Part shown: positions 26,733 to 41,000 of the stretch, one piece after another
How the letters are laid out: every line of letters starts with the position of its first letter
How positions within the stretch are numbered: position 1 is the first letter of the stretch
NCBI RefSeq assembly: GCF_964204645.1
Contig: NC_134031.1
Location: 18,917,910-18,981,909 of the forward strand
Direction of reading: 5' to 3'
DNA from: Tubulanus polymorphus
Taxonomy: Eukaryota; Animalia; Nemertea
DNA length: 64,000 bases
Made by a program: the position numbers and the translations under genes
Notes under the pieces: model-generated
Told to the model about the DNA's origin: nothing
Database searches by the model: none
What the model saw: only the letters and a program-made list of their open reading frames with translations

Positions 26733-29700
26733 GTCTATTTTGAATTTACATTTATAGTGGGTTTTATTTTAATTTTTCATAAAATGTCTATCAACGGGCT
26801 ACAAAGTTGCGGAATTGAGTGTATGTAATGAAACCGGCTCCGAGCTGTTTGTAGATTTATTAGATACCCTAACGATGTAGTACAATACATCGCAGTTTGT
26901 GGGAGTTTGTTTGTAAAGCTGCCGGCTATTTATGCGTCGTAAATATCGACAAAATATTTTTTCATTTAAATTCAAAAGAGAGACTTTCCCCCGAAACTCG
27001 ATCAATTAAATTCATACCGAGTAAAGGCTCGTCAATATTTACCGAGTTCGATTTTCGAATCGTTGTTGTTTGCGAAATGTTGAAAATATGGTAAACAGCC
27101 CTCGGGGAGGTTGATTATTCCTTTCCTGTGTCGTATCGAATTATATACGATTTCCCAGAAATGTGAGTTTAATCGCGCTATTCTTAGCTATATTTAGACT
27201 AAATATTTCAGCTGAAAAATATAACTATATCCATAAATGGATTTAGTCCATAGTTCTACAACTCCGTTACATGTCCAAACACTGCATAGCTACAAGACCC
27301 GACACCCGTCTGATCCCTCGACACACCTCGACTGCCAGCTGCCAGACCCGTTCAAACCTACGACGACCAGTCCTAACCCTCGACTGCCACCTACAGCCAC
27401 GAGACTAAACCGACGGTGACCAGTCGAAACCTGCGACTGCCCGCTTTACCACTGAAACCAGTCCAAACCTTCGACTAGGAAGGCTCCCAAAACTCCCACC
27501 CTTAATACTTTGACAGCCATTACGAGACGGTGGTCAATAATTACATAAATGTTCATCAACTTCCAAATCGTGCTGACTCATCACCGATGAGATGTCGTCA
27601 GGTAGTTAGAGCGCTAAGTAGCGGTGGGATTCCTCAGGATTCCGTCGACCGCTTAATCCTTCCTTCCTTCCTTCCTGTTAAACCCCTAGTCATCGCCTGT
27701 CAACACGCTGCAGATCACTGTGAAATTTCACGAACAGTTGTTCAGATACATTGCAATAAGATTGGCTCAGGTGCCGCGCTCTCGATCCCAGCGACAGTTG
27801 GACAGACCCACAACCGGTAGGATCGGGCACATCGTAGACGTAACTGTCAAATCGGGCTAAGGTGTTTCAGGTGCTGTTCAAGGGAGATAATCAGACCAAA
27901 TGATTCATAAACCGCAGATTCAGGGGAACCAGACCTACAGAACTCAATTCAGAACCGATCGACTGTCAAATCAGATCCAGGCGCCACACATGGCATTATC
28001 TCTAACCCTTAAAATGCGCTTCTATCAAAAAGTCGTCCGCTTTATATTCATCGAAACAACGACATCGTTGAATTCATTAGCGTCGGCACATTTTTCATAC
28101 GATAATAAGAAGAGACACACTGACAGGTAAATAGTGATTTATGAGTGCGCGATACAGAAACAGATTGTGGAGACTGTGCGGACTGTATAGCCTATAAACC
28201 TAGGTGTGCAGGGTTATGGTTGTTTGTACCTGCGCACGCCGCTACCGCTGCTGCTGCGAATGACGAAAATCAATCTACGAAACGCTTAGCGGATTAAAAA
28301 TGAACCGTCGATCCATCTCGCAGTAACAGACGAGACACGAGAAATGGCGCCCTGCTCTCTCTGGATAATATCAGAAAATAATGAGAATTTATGAGCGCAA
28401 TAGCTATAAAATGAATATGGCTGGCGACCACAGGTACAATGTCTGAAATTGAAGATAAGTTATCATTGTCACTGACACCTCATCTTAGTTACTTCGATAA
28501 GAACAACCTTCTCACTCTCATTTTCTATGGCGTTAATAGGTACAACCTTCTTACCCGTGACTTAAAAAAGGACGACCTTCTCATTCTCAATGACCTCAAC
28601 TTACCAGCAACGTTACTTATGACAACCTTTTCACTTCAAAAGCTTTCGATTTAGTCATAATTCTACGGCTCTCTCATATCAAAACTAATTTACCTCGATA
28701 AAAGAGGGCGCAACAGTTGAAATAACAGAACTAAAAACTCGCATGTAATAAAATCCAAGCAGCCTCGCTTTGATCTCATTGATAACGGGTTGTGATTTAT
28801 ATTCGTCATTTCCGGTAATATCGAATCGAGTCGAACGCATTTGTGCGATCATAAAAATGTTTGAAAATCTATACAAAACAGCGCGATTCCGGCATCGGTG
28901 CAGCGCAATGCGGTACCGTGACCGACCAACCGCGACTAAATTATCGAAAATGTAATTAAACTCCACGAAACATTGACGTCAATTGCGACTAGTTCTTCCA
29001 CAGGTATGTCTGTCTAACTTGTCTATAGACAACGTAGACGTAGATATAGAGTTTATGAAATTAATGGGAACCTCACCGCTAGCTAACGCACCAGATGGCG
29101 TGACGAGCGCCTAGTCTAACGTTGTCAAAATTATATTCATTTTCAATCAACTTTGAACTAGATTTTCAGACTACCGAATACATATATAGTCACATGACCC
29201 ATCGAATATACTTCCAATTCATTTTCGTACTCAGTTTTTCTTGAAGAGTTTTCTATGCAAGTGAAGAAAAGTTCATTCGAATTTAACTGAAGTGTTGTAG
29301 GAATCGAACGCGTGAGAGACCGAATACGAAATCCAACACACAACTGCACACTCGCCTGCAGAAATATCATGACAAAAAAATAACAAGAAATTAGAAAAAA
29401 GCAATCGACTCACCTTCATTAATAAGACAAATAAATCCTTTATGCGTGTAAATCTCACTGACAAACTCGCTTCATTCGGTTATTGAATCTGAAAAATAGA
29501 TATTTGGTCGTGAACATATCGAACCAAAAACCGATCGCAATTACGAGGATAACGTTTTTCAACAATTCTTTACCTCAACGGAATTCAATGCACGGTTAGA
29601 CCGTTAATTCTTTGAATATTGATATAAACATGCACAAACACCGCGTAGCATAGAATCTATTAATGTACGTAGATTATGAATGGAAATCCCAGTTATTCGT

Positions 29701-30111
29701 GAATTCACCAAAACACACGATGCAACAACGTTAGACAACTTCTTTCTTCATCTAATTCCGTATGCGATGAAATGTATTTTGAAACTCGCAACGTTTTTTC
29801 TCGTGACAGTCATAAATTTGAACCCGTTTAGAATCCGAGAGGAGCTATAGGTGGAATAATAGCCCCTGATCTCTCCGCGTAGAGAAACAGTGTCAAGAAA
29901 CTGTTGCAGCGAACAGCAGTATCGGTATAGCGGTAGATGCCACAGTCAACAACCGAACGAGAGATTGTCATCAGCAACAACTGATGCTGGATACACAGCG
30001 TAGCATCACCAACCGTTGGAGACAGCTTGCTGCTATAGCGCTAAGGGATCAATGGAGCCTGAGTTTTAACCCGTTATCAGCTACTATCGTTGTAGAGATG
30101 AAGCAGAACTG

Positions 30112-30298
30112 GACCCGTTTCCACAGTTCTCGGTAAGGTTAGACTCGATTAAGCTATAATTAGTTCACTTCCAACGTTTTCACTTGATGGTCGATGTAAA
30201 GTGGAAAGGAGGAAGACTCAGTTAGACCCTAGAGTCGAAATGAGTTCATTTACATGTGTCAAAAAAGAAATCTTAACCAAGACGTTGGGAACCGGGTC
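30112..30298. mobile_element. Related longer MITE
   Basis: Termini GACCCGTTTCCACAGTTCT and GACGTTGGGAACCGGGTC. Confidence 0.55.
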
Positions 30299-33200
30299 GT
30301 GGGTATCAAAACTTTCAAAACTCATAGTTATTGAAATATCGTATTCTGGAGCACCTAAGGTGCGCTCAAATATAGGTCACGTAACACAAACAATCGAATA
30401 TAAGAATAGGTATCAATTTGACGCGGGTTACACTAAACATTTGGAAAACTTAGAATAATTTTCGAAAATCTTTGTAAATTTGCATCCGATGAACCTGAAA
30501 CATTATCAGTTGCCTAGCTAACGTAAAACCTGCGAGAAATTCTGAGATATCGATCACCGATACAGTTATCAATACACACGTGATTATTGATTTATTTAAG
30601 TTATCGATCGATTAATTCAACGTGCGAACGTGTACAGCGAGTATAGTCTTAACAATTAATCGATATTGTTAATTCTCGATTCGAATCGATATTTTGCTGT
30701 AGTCAATGAAGATTTTACTCGTCGTCGAATATCAAACGTGTAGAATCGAAACTTCTATCGGTGAAACTCTGTCGTCTGCTACTGGTGCAAGAATCATCTG
30801 TGTCTGTTACCAATTTATATCTGAATATTCAATATTCTAACGACGAACCTGGAACATGTATATGTATGAACACGTAATAGTGCAACATTCCTCTCTTCAT
30901 AATATCGCAAATCTTATACGATATTTCTAAACCCTCATTTAAACTGTTTGTGAGAATGTGGGCCCTGTCTGTCCCTCAATACGAGCAACGAATACAAAAT
31001 TGAAAACGTATTTGAAAGCGGCATTTCTCTCTTCAGAATTTCCTGAATTTTTCAGTGTTCTTAAGTTTTGACCGAACAAAAATAACAGGTATTTAACGAA
31101 AGGTTTTTCTGTACACCTTTGGCACCAATTCTCTCCTTGGAAATTTTCCACAATATCCAACTTTCAAAGATCAGTGGTTACCAGATTTTTAGTTGCCCGT
31201 TGTAGAGCTACCAGTAGAAATTAAAAAATCTAAAATGGTTTTGTTTTTCTTTGCCAATTTCCTTTTTTGCATTTTAGGCTCCACTTTTAACTTAGGAAAC
31301 ACCAGAAAATTGCAAAAAAAAACAAAGCTTCACTTGTCGCAAAGTTTTTTTCTTCATAGGGACCGATTCGCCTAAGGGTCTACAACCGATCATCCCCTCT
31401 CGCCACGAATAGATTCAGCCGCACGGCCAAATGCGTCGTTGAAATTCACGGTAAACATTTTATCGGTTGCACTTTTGACTATCGGAGTTTGCGTGAATGT
31501 TTGTATGCGACTACACAGTTATGAGTAAACATATAATAGCAAACTTGCGGCTCACAACTGACGAGTCAATAATTGGCCATCATTTCAGCGAACGGAGACA
31601 AGTACCAGTTGAATAGTTGAACACATTAACTACAAGTGAGTAAATACTAATATGGTAAAGTCTTCAGTCGACGGGAAGTGACCACAGCGACAAGAGATGA
31701 CTCATAGATACACACTATTACTGTACAGAGACACAGAGAGAGAGAGAGACAGGGGGTGAGGGGATGAAGAGATGACCGATTACTGAAATCAATGACGAGG
31801 AAATATCAACAGTATACGCGAGTTACGACAAGTACTCATCGGAATTCGCGGTCACGTTCATTCATTCACACGTTCATCGTTCTCGCAGGAATTCAACTGC
31901 GGTTTTACGCTCAGTGGTCAGTGAAACTTACGACGTAGTATTCGGAATTTGAACAGGCATTTATTGCTAATTAACTAATGCATAATTTTTACACCCGGTC
32001 CTAGTATTCTTCGAATTGGGCTGCCATTGTAATTTAGTGACTGTTTTACGCAGAGTTGTCAGTAAAGTTCAAGTCTTTGCTTTCGGAATCAAAACTGGCG
32101 GCAAGTCAGCAAAATTCAAAGTTTAGCAGCCAGTCCTAGTATCTTTCGGATATGTGGCTATCGTTGTATTGATTTCACTTTTTATACCCATGGTGGGGGA
32201 CCATCGTTCTTTGGAATTTCTGGAACTGACATTGGCAAATATTCATATTCTTAGGGTCCTGGAGTTCTAACGCCAGCGATCGAATCTATGAGGAATTCGT
32301 ATATTCAGATATTCGGTTGTAATTATTATTAAAATGACATGTTACATCGATTATATTTGCCTGATAGGCCTGTTGACGCTGTAAGTGCTGCTAATCATCA
32401 TTTCGTCAATATTAGTAGTATATGCGGTATGTATGTATTCAGCCGGTATCGTCTGAACGGAAGGAGTCAGTACATCATTATGGTACATCACGACTCATGA
32501 ACCATCAACTCGTAACGTCGTGTATAAAATACTGAGAAAATTGAAGTCAAAGATTATAATTTGAATTCACTATGATATCAAAATTGTATGTCGAAATAAA
32601 TGCGATATCGTACGAAACTAAAACACTAATAGTAAAATCTCACAATAAATGAAGTAATGTCTAAAAAGCTATCAAAAAAATAGAAATATTTCGAGTTATT
32701 ACGTACATACTATACACCAGCCTTCTTCATTCTGAAGAAATGACACTAAAATACGTCTTTTGATGAAGATAGTTTTGCGAATCAAAGTTTCGATCCATCG
32801 AAACAAAGCGAAAGGAATTCAAAATCGTGGGCGGATGAATAATCAGGTGGCAATTAAAAAGCGTCAATTACTTTTTCGTTTGAAAACCGAGGTCTCGATG
32901 AAGAAGGCGAGGTGAATGTTTATGCGGATATTGACTCGAATCTCTACGGTACATGTTCCGTCGGTCTTCTTTACCCGGTATTTACGATAAGAACATCGTT
33001 ACATTTTCCCCCGGGGATTATTGAAAAAAAAATTCCCGCTATAATCGACCACCGAAATGGATGGAACGCTGCCGCCGGTTTGAGAAGGGAAGAACAGATG
33101 GGTTTATGCTATAACTGAGACCGAGGTCTCCGCGATAAAATACGTACTGCATGATTTCACGCGATTAAGAGCATCGCGATCTGATTGAAACTTCAAAGTG

Positions 33201-34224
33201 CGGCACGATTCATCCATCTGGAATAAAATGCTGCATTTCGCTTGTTCGATAAGGCGCGACGCACTAAGGCGATAAACGCCACCTAGCGAGCAGTTAATAA
33301 ACTAGCACAGCTGACAGTCGTCGAGAAAGAGGTGACATACCGAGTTTATAGTTGACCACAAATTTGCAACGGTAGCTCTTTACTGCAAAAGGGATGTTCC
33401 AAAAATACTTTGCGCAGCGGAAAATGCGTACGCAAAATGTGCGGCCGCCTTTATTTAAACCTTGCGCAAACCAGAAAACATTTTCCAACCGTTCTAACCG
33501 CTGGACCACGGAACGCTGTTTTAAGGTTTGTCCGGTCAGCTGTGGTCTGATGGGAAAAGACCGAATCATTACTTACAAGAGTTACTAATCCATTGCCACG
33601 AATTTTCAACGGCGATCTTTCTCACCAAATTTTTCCCCGCCTCATTGATCGGAAATAGGATTCTGCGCATTTCGTGGGTGTGGGACTCGTAATATACGAC
33701 GAGGAAATTCATCAGAATTCGTCTATCCATTCATCACTGATTCGGGCTAAATTCTACAACCATTTTAGATTAAAGAATCTAATTTGAATGGATCCCCTCA
33801 ACGCAGTAGGGAGGGCTCAACGCGAGAAACGAGGTGCACCTGAGACGTTTTTAATATAGTATTAAAACAGCGGCGAATGAGCCGCTAGTTACAGAGTTAC
33901 GACGGCGGCGCGCGCGACGCAATTTCCTTCCAATCGTTTGAAGTTACTAATGAAAACACGATATTCTGCGGCAGGCGACGACGGGAACCGTGTCGTAAAA
34001 ACATTCAACACCTAAAAACAGCTGGAAGGAGTTTACGGCTGATACACACACACCGCAGATAGAATCATAATAATGACACTTGTTGCGCGTGAATATTAAA
34101 GATGAACGGAATGTAATTCTCATGATTCTAAACGGCGGATTTTTATGATTATTTTACAAAAACGGGTTTTTCTTCGCCACCTGCACGCCGATCGTGTGGA
34201 AAACGGTTGTAAACTTACAATTAT

Positions 34225-34286
34225 GTTATTTATTTTATTTTATTTTCCATACCGCGCTACATTACGCTTCAGGGCGGTTTATATAG
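34225..34286 (-). mobile_element. L2-type 3' tail fragment (LINE or SINE)
   Basis: Minus strand TAAACCGCCCTGAAG...AGCGCGGTATGG followed by (AAAAT)n. Confidence 0.45.
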
Positions 34287-35208
34287 CGAATCTGATAAAA
34301 TAACTGACATTATCTCAGATCAGAAATGTTTATTGTTGGTTTGTGAACAAGAATGTTTCGAATGCCAATAGTTTTGCAATAAACTATAGCGTTGATAGGT
34401 GACACATTGCTTAGTTTAACATGATTAAAGAGTCAAGAACTTATATCACATCATGTTACAAAATTGAATGGATAATTTAGAAAAATATCAGAAGAATCAC
34501 CCATGAAAAAGATAGTGTTTTGATAGTTACAGTATCATTGCAGTTCCTAATTAGAGTAGGGGACAAACTGCAAAAATAAAACATCGTTTACCGAATTCTT
34601 CATCACACCAGTCGCGCGCCGTTCATCTTCTCTTAATGGCGGCGCCGATTCATTGTCGAAAAAATCTCTTCGTTTTCTTCGTCGGGAGAAAATTGAAATT
34701 AAGTTTGAAAGATCGTTAATTTCCACGGTGAGAAACACTCAGTGATGCACGATGGTATAGGATTCAATATAGATGGCGACCGGACTGAGTTGGTTGAATT
34801 GTACACTGCACCGATGATTCTTCTGAAGTCACAGAAAACTACGACAGAAAATAGAATATTGACAAAATTGTTTTTGGTTGTGCGACAGAAATGATACATG
34901 CACATAGGTCGAAATATCGCAATGCACCAAGACGGCAGGACACGTTCTCAATTTCTCCGACATACTATAAGCTATAAGAAATATAAATCAACGCAATACA
35001 TTCTGTATTTTTCTGCGAGGAAATATCTCACATCAAAATATAAAGGTCTCCAGCACATCTTCGTAGCTTCCTCGAAATACCGCATCCATATCGGCGATTT
35101 GGGATTTTAGCGGTTTAGAGAGAGTGGCACTATTTCAGGGGATAACTCAGACTAGTTCCGAGGTTCCAAGAATATACGGATGTTACGTTCTCGGAAATTA
35201 CAAACCTG

Positions 35209-35364
35209 GGCCCGGTTTCATAGACTGATTATCATAGTTTATCCCTAGGGGTAAATCCTCAATCTGGGTGACAAGCACCATAATAACAATGAGAAACCAT
35301 GGTTATAACTGACAAATTTCTAAATATTCCCAGGTATTACTTTTCTTCCACATGAAACCCAGCC
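35209..35364. mobile_element. Harbinger-like MITE, second family
   Basis: TIRs GGCCCGGTTTCAT / ATGAAACCCAGCC, flanked on both sides by CTG. Confidence 0.7.
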
Positions 35365-36357
35365 CTGGCGTTTATGTGGAGATGGTTTATCGGGGGCTGG
35401 CAGTAAATCGAGAACTGGTCCGGGTTTGACGCGCACAGCTATCTCGCCTAACGCGTGAGAACGAACAGTATTACAGAATCCCTGTTTATCTATTCATAAA
35501 AATCTCCGTGTGAAAATCCGCCGACGGGAAGAAAATCGTCTTTTCTATTTATTTAAACCGAATGAAAAGCGGTTTGAAAATGTGCTGATTATTGACTGTA
35601 ATCCAAACCGTGATAGAAATTCGACGATAACACCATCGCGCGGTTAGAAACAAGGCGAGAGGATTTCAGAACTAGATATTCGGATCTCGAAAAGAAAACG
35701 GATTTTCTAATCGTGTCTTCGACATCGGATCTTCGAACGCGATGTTCGACAGTTATTTGTGACGAATAATTTGACACGAGTAGGTCTCACTTATCACAAA
35801 CCGAGCACCGTCTCCGCGATCTGGTCCATTCTGTCGCCTTTATCTAAAGAAACTCTTCCATCTAAAATCATTAAATATGTATTTGTTATCGTGGAAGCTC
35901 TTGTCGCGCTAAGCTACAGGTTGTTTCGGAGTGATAATTTGAGCTGACTAAGGCCTAGATTCGGATTTCAAATCGTTGCAAATTTTTAAGGGGTAGCTCG
36001 GAAACTTAAGTTCTACAACTTTGAGTTTAGTGTAAGGTTCTGGCACAGCTGATGTTGGGCTAATTTTTTGAACCAATGATGGCTGAGCTACTGATGAGTT
36101 TTAGCCTACAATCAGTTCAATGGCCGCAAACATCATCTCAATATTAGCACAATGTCAATCCTCACTTGCTATAACCTGATAACTTCTAGTAAAATCCGAG
36201 TGAAATTTGTGAAAATCTTTCATTTCGTTCATTGGTCTGAATTGTAAACTACCTAAAAATACTTATACTAATACTAATACTAATACTTTCCGAGTCTGAA
36301 ACCAAATTGCACCAGATCAGACTAGATTTTGATTCTTGAAAAATCTGTGCGGAGAAG

Positions 36358-36519
36358 AAAATCCCGCACTATAAAGCCCGTAATCATCAAAAATAAAGTC
36401 CGAGATGTTTCCTTACACGTATAGTTTATCAACGTTTCGAATATATCCTAATATCGTCTTCTTCGAGAGCTCGAAGAAATATTTCGAGTTTGAATATTGA
36501 TTTTTTTGTGTGGGATTTT
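36358..36519 (-). mobile_element. Degenerate family A PLE-like remnant with inverted ends
   Basis: AAAATCCCGCAC...AAAGTCCGAGA...AGTTTATCAACGTTTCGAATATATCCTAATATCGTCTTC...GTGTGGGATTTT. Confidence 0.6.
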
Positions 36520-37266
36520 CTTTTATCATCAACACAACACGTTGTGCCGAGAGTTCATCATGTGCTCAGATATTTTCTGTCATTTCGCTGAAATACTCAT
36601 CCCGCAACTGTAATGATCTAAAGCTTCAATCTGAATTTAAAGACTAACCATAAATTAACCGCCAGTTTTAATGCGACACGTTCTTAATGTTTTCGCAGTA
36701 TTTATTTTCTCGATAATTCCTAAGTTAATATTTGAACTTTACGAACATCAGCTAAAGCGTTGAAACTGTCCAAATGAGAGCCCATCAAGGATTTAAAATC
36801 GATGGCTGCGAGTTAAGAGAGTATCGAATTGCGTGAACCGGCGTAAAGAAAAAGCAATCATCGCGCGCGCGAAAACATCCGTTTTAAATCCTTGTTCAAG
36901 GTCGTGTCAGTTGTAGTTAAATGGCGAAAAGGATTAAGGCATTGCAGAGACCGGATTTTCAGCTTACCCCATCAATCGATGAAAGGCCGGTATTGCAGTA
37001 CAGGGGTAGTTTCAGTATGTGAGAAATGTGAAGTAGTTATATCGGCAAAAATAGACACTAAATGCTTTTTACGGTGCGCGCTGCACCCGACGTTTTTCCG
37101 TTTAGAAATAATGTTAAGGAGATGAATATTTAGCATATTTCTGAACGAGTATCCGATAAAACGGTACCCACATCACCATCAGTAACATACGTCAGGTGGA
37201 CTCTGCGAGCCTTTTCCAGAAAAGACCCTTCCACAGTATAGTTGTATGGGTGTCATGTGTGGACAG

Positions 37267-37431
37267 GACCCAGTTCTATAGTTGTGCGCCGGGACTATAA
37301 TTTGACTCCGAATCCAGTTCCACAGCTGTTGTTGTGTGGGTTTCATTATTTTGACCGGTCCCAGTTCCACAGTTGTTGTGCGGGTGAATTTGACTGGTCC
37401 CAGTTCTACAGTTGTTGTGTGGATGTTATTT
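37267..37431 (+). repeat. Degenerate array of the same unit, ~5 copies
   Basis: Repeated CCAGTTCYACAGTTGTTGTG...TTTGAC. Confidence 0.75.
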
Positions 37432-38969
37432 GATTATGAATAGGCATTGAATTTGACTGAACACAACCGCAAAGCAAAGTGCTGGATTAAATAAAATTCT
37501 ATTTGAATGCCATGCATCGTGATTTGGCATCTCAAAGCTTTCTTTATATCTAATTATGATATTGAAAAGATCAGAAGGAAGATTCGTTAGTTTTACCTGA
37601 CAATCAAACCCTTTCTCGGCACAAAAAAAAGAACAGATCAGTAAAGGTGATTTCAAAATCGTGTCCAACGACGCGACGACAAAAAACATTTCATCAGATT
37701 GGACACAAGTGTCCATCGTAATAGATTGCCTGGATAAAGGGCTTATACAGCGGACGACAGCGTCGAAATTAACAGCACCGACCGTCATCATCACCGCTGC
37801 CTTCAGAGCCGTGGATGGCAACGCCTCACCTGGGAGTGGAGTGTGAACACGGATGAAGTGTTCCACATACAAATTCACAGGAAATGAGACAAGACTTCAT
37901 GTGTGACATTTTATATGGAATGCCGCGAGAAACAGGATGAGAATAGAATACATCTTACATGTACAGGCCTATTACCAATCCCCACAGCGAAAGTTGAAAG
38001 AAATATCGTGAAGATTCAAGTGAATCCGACACAGACGTTTTCAAATGTTTTTTTAACATAATATCACAATATGATAGACGCAATTTCATCTTGGTATTTT
38101 TTGTGAGTTGTGCGTTACGTATTTGCAGCCTGACAAACCCTTTGAAAATAGCTCTACAATATGACTTTTTGAAGACTAGGATTCACATAGATCACTGCAG
38201 CTTACACACTATCGATTTGAAAGGGTTAACGATTTTTTGTCGATGGACACAAAAGTAGCACTCGAGTGAATGCGGTTCTGGTATTCAGGTAACGCCGATA
38301 GACAATAAGATCAGCTAGTCGCGCAGCCGTAATTACGAACGACGTCAGCCAACAGGATTCCTTTATTTTTCAGCTGGGAAATAGAGCATGTGACAGCAAC
38401 AGATAATTGCCAGCGGCTGAAAGGAGGTTGTGTGCATCGTGTGGCTTCGTGGCTGCAGCTGAACTATACAACGAAAACATGCGAGAAATGCGTAAAAAGA
38501 GCTGATGTGTGCTGTCTGTCACGTGATACATCACTGGACTCCTGCTGTTATAATGAGTCTGAAGAAATAGTCGTAGACCCTTTTGCTAGTGGCATCGTTA
38601 CAAGATCTCCGCCAATAGATCAGAGACAGGTCCCTGAATGGCATTATAGTTTCCTCTGACCTACGAGCAATTTGCTCGTAGCTCTGACCATACCCCGGCA
38701 CAGTGAATGACGAGGCCCACTATGAACATTTGGCCCATAGAACAAAACGATATAATATGTGCATTACATGTATTTCTAGCCGCACGACAATGATTTAGTT
38801 TGGTACAAATCAGCCACCAGATTATTTAGCTATAAATAATAATAGTCGAAAAATTGCTCTATCAGAGTTTAAAATCAATGAGATAAAAAATGTTTTGCCA
38901 GATTCTTGCCGTTCTTTTATCACCACCCCGCTTCTTTATGTTTGGACGCATCGGACGCTGATTCATATT

Positions 38970-39199
38970 TGGCGCCGTGGCGCTAGCGTACTGGTACTCG
39001 AGGTGTCTGGCCGGAATTTTATTCGTGGGGAAATCCTTGTGTTCTGGCTGAGCTTTATTCGCGCGGACGCTCGAACGCAACCAGGAAGTAAAGTGCGCCG
39101 AAATCCGGCCTTTGGACACATGGATTGATTTACTATAAACAAAACATTCATTCGATTTTTGGACAGTAGCTGCTGGCTGAATCATCCTTTGAATAACAG
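38970..39199 (+). promoter_or_regulatory. Candidate DUS1L promoter and non-coding first exon
   Basis: CpG-rich patch with ETS-like CAGGAAGT, ending in a donor-like AACAG|GTAGGC at 39199/39200. CpG-poor DNA follows. The DUS1L ATG exon needs an upstream exon. Confidence 0.4.
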
Positions 39200-40039
39200 G
39201 TAGGCAGAGTAAAAGATTATATCTACAGATTCCAAGCTCTCTTTTTTAGATCAGTATCGTTCACAATCGTAGCGTGCTCGTTATTTTTGGAGTTTCGTCG
39301 TATATACATTGACAAAATGACATGACAGTTCAGCCGGTTCAGCCTTCTTCATAGTTCTGTCGTAGTTAGTATTTGGCGGTTGCCTTTCGTTGCTCTATAT
39401 GTTGATGGGTGGTTTCCCAATATGTGTGAAACTCTTCTGTCTACACCACACACAGAAGAGGCCTACTTACAAACTTCACAAAGTTTTATAGTGTCATTTC
39501 TGGTCTGGTCAGAATAGAGAGGCCTAGGGCCTACTTAATGAGTCAAAATTCAAATTGATATTCACGGCTTTCACTATTTAATTCAAAATAATTGTATATA
39601 TGTTGTTCAGTTGAATTTGTGCTCAATCTCAGTGAGAACTTCTTTTTTATGTATATAGGACCAGGGATACTGGATGATCTAAGCTACAGTTCACCCCCAA
39701 ACTTATGATACGAGCCCCTGTGAGCCCTACACAGCACTCTTCTCTTCTCGAGATTGAGGGCCCTGTAGGTAGCAAGGCAAGATATCCCTCTTCCTTAAAG
39801 AGAGTGCTGATCATCATCAATGTATGACTGATATTGAAATTTCTAACAGTGAGAGAGACACAACAAGAACTAAGATGCCATCTTTCTTTTTCTGCTGTAA
39901 AGTTGACTCATTCTCACTGCAGTAGCACGGTCTCTGCTCACAGTTACAACGACTGTGTCACTCTACACTAGTGTCACTGTAGATAATCGAATGAGTCCCA
40001 CAATTTGAATTACATATGATATAATGTATTAAAACGAAC

Positions 40040-40079
40040 CACAACGTTTCGGCTGTTTACTAACAGCCATCATCAGGTG
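40040..40079 (-). ncRNA. Minimal type I hammerhead ribozyme motif, family B
   Basis: Minus strand reads CAC-CTGATGA-T-GGCTGTT-agta-AACAGCC-GAAA-C-GTT-GTG, giving a 7-bp stem II and stem I CAC/GTG. Confidence 0.8.
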
Positions 40080-40802
40080 CATCCATTCCACCTATAAAGG
40101 TAAAATTTTCAAATCTAAATTCGTCATTTAGATAAGTCATCAACATGATTTTGCGATGAGTTTTTGATAAGACTCACAGCTGAAAAGCTGTTAATGTAAA
40201 TAATGAGTTTCCCCTTTTCAGGACGAACTCTCTACTGAGAGTATGCTAATTCTAAAGCGGCTTTGTTTTGTTCCTGGAGAAATTATTATCTGGGCTCACT
40301 GTCAGCTTATATATGTGGAGCAATAAATATTTAAATTTAATTCTTATTTTGTTGAAATTATCATCAGGCCTACGCAGTTAACGAGGTTCCTCTGATCAAA
40401 CTGGCCCGTCGGAATGTGACCCACAGTTGTTTAACTATTGTTACGACCTGTATAGAGCAAAGATTTTTTATCCGTGGCTTTACATTAATCCGTAACTCAT
40501 CCGGATTGCGAGTGTTTGTTAATGTCACTTCGGGGTCACAACTCGAGGAAAAAACGGATAATTGAAATGCGGATGTTTTAGGATAATAATACACCGTGCT
40601 TTTGTCTAATGCTGTCATTAAGACGGAAGTCATGTAGTCTTATACTGACTGCTCGACTCAAGAGTCGTTATTAGTCATCGTCGATGCATCAGGACTGACA
40701 GAACTCGCGTTCAGTTTCTTTAACTGATTAGATCAAAGCGAAAATGGTACAAATTGCATTCATTCCATCACATTCGGTCATTTCTACTGTTAGAATGATT
40801 AA

Positions 40803-41000
40803 CAATGATAATGATAATGTTTATTTTTATATAGCGTCATTGTCTTTACAGATTCTAATGCTTTACATAAAACAGAATAAGCGATAAGATTACAATAGTA
40901 TGAAACAATACACGTTATACATTTATACACAATACACATTTCAATTATAAGTTTCATTTTAAAAAGTGAGTTTTTAGCTTCTTCTTTCAAACTGATCCAG
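40803..41000 (-). mobile_element. 3' end of an L2/CR1-clade LINE (5'-truncated)
   Basis: Minus strand encodes KKKLKTHFLK*, resembling the L2 ORF2 C-terminus FKxxLKTxLF. Then TGTAAAGCA...GACGCTATATAAAAATAAA and a (CATTAT)n tail. Confidence 0.65.

Noticed and set aside
25790-26757. Poly-GE and poly-RG (RGG-like) proteins
   Set aside because: These are translations of a (GGGAGA)n microsatellite, with no flanking domain or splice structure.
37426-37878. 150-aa minus-strand ORF and the other short ORFs in the track
   Set aside because: No recognisable domains, mostly non-ATG starts, and lengths expected by chance.
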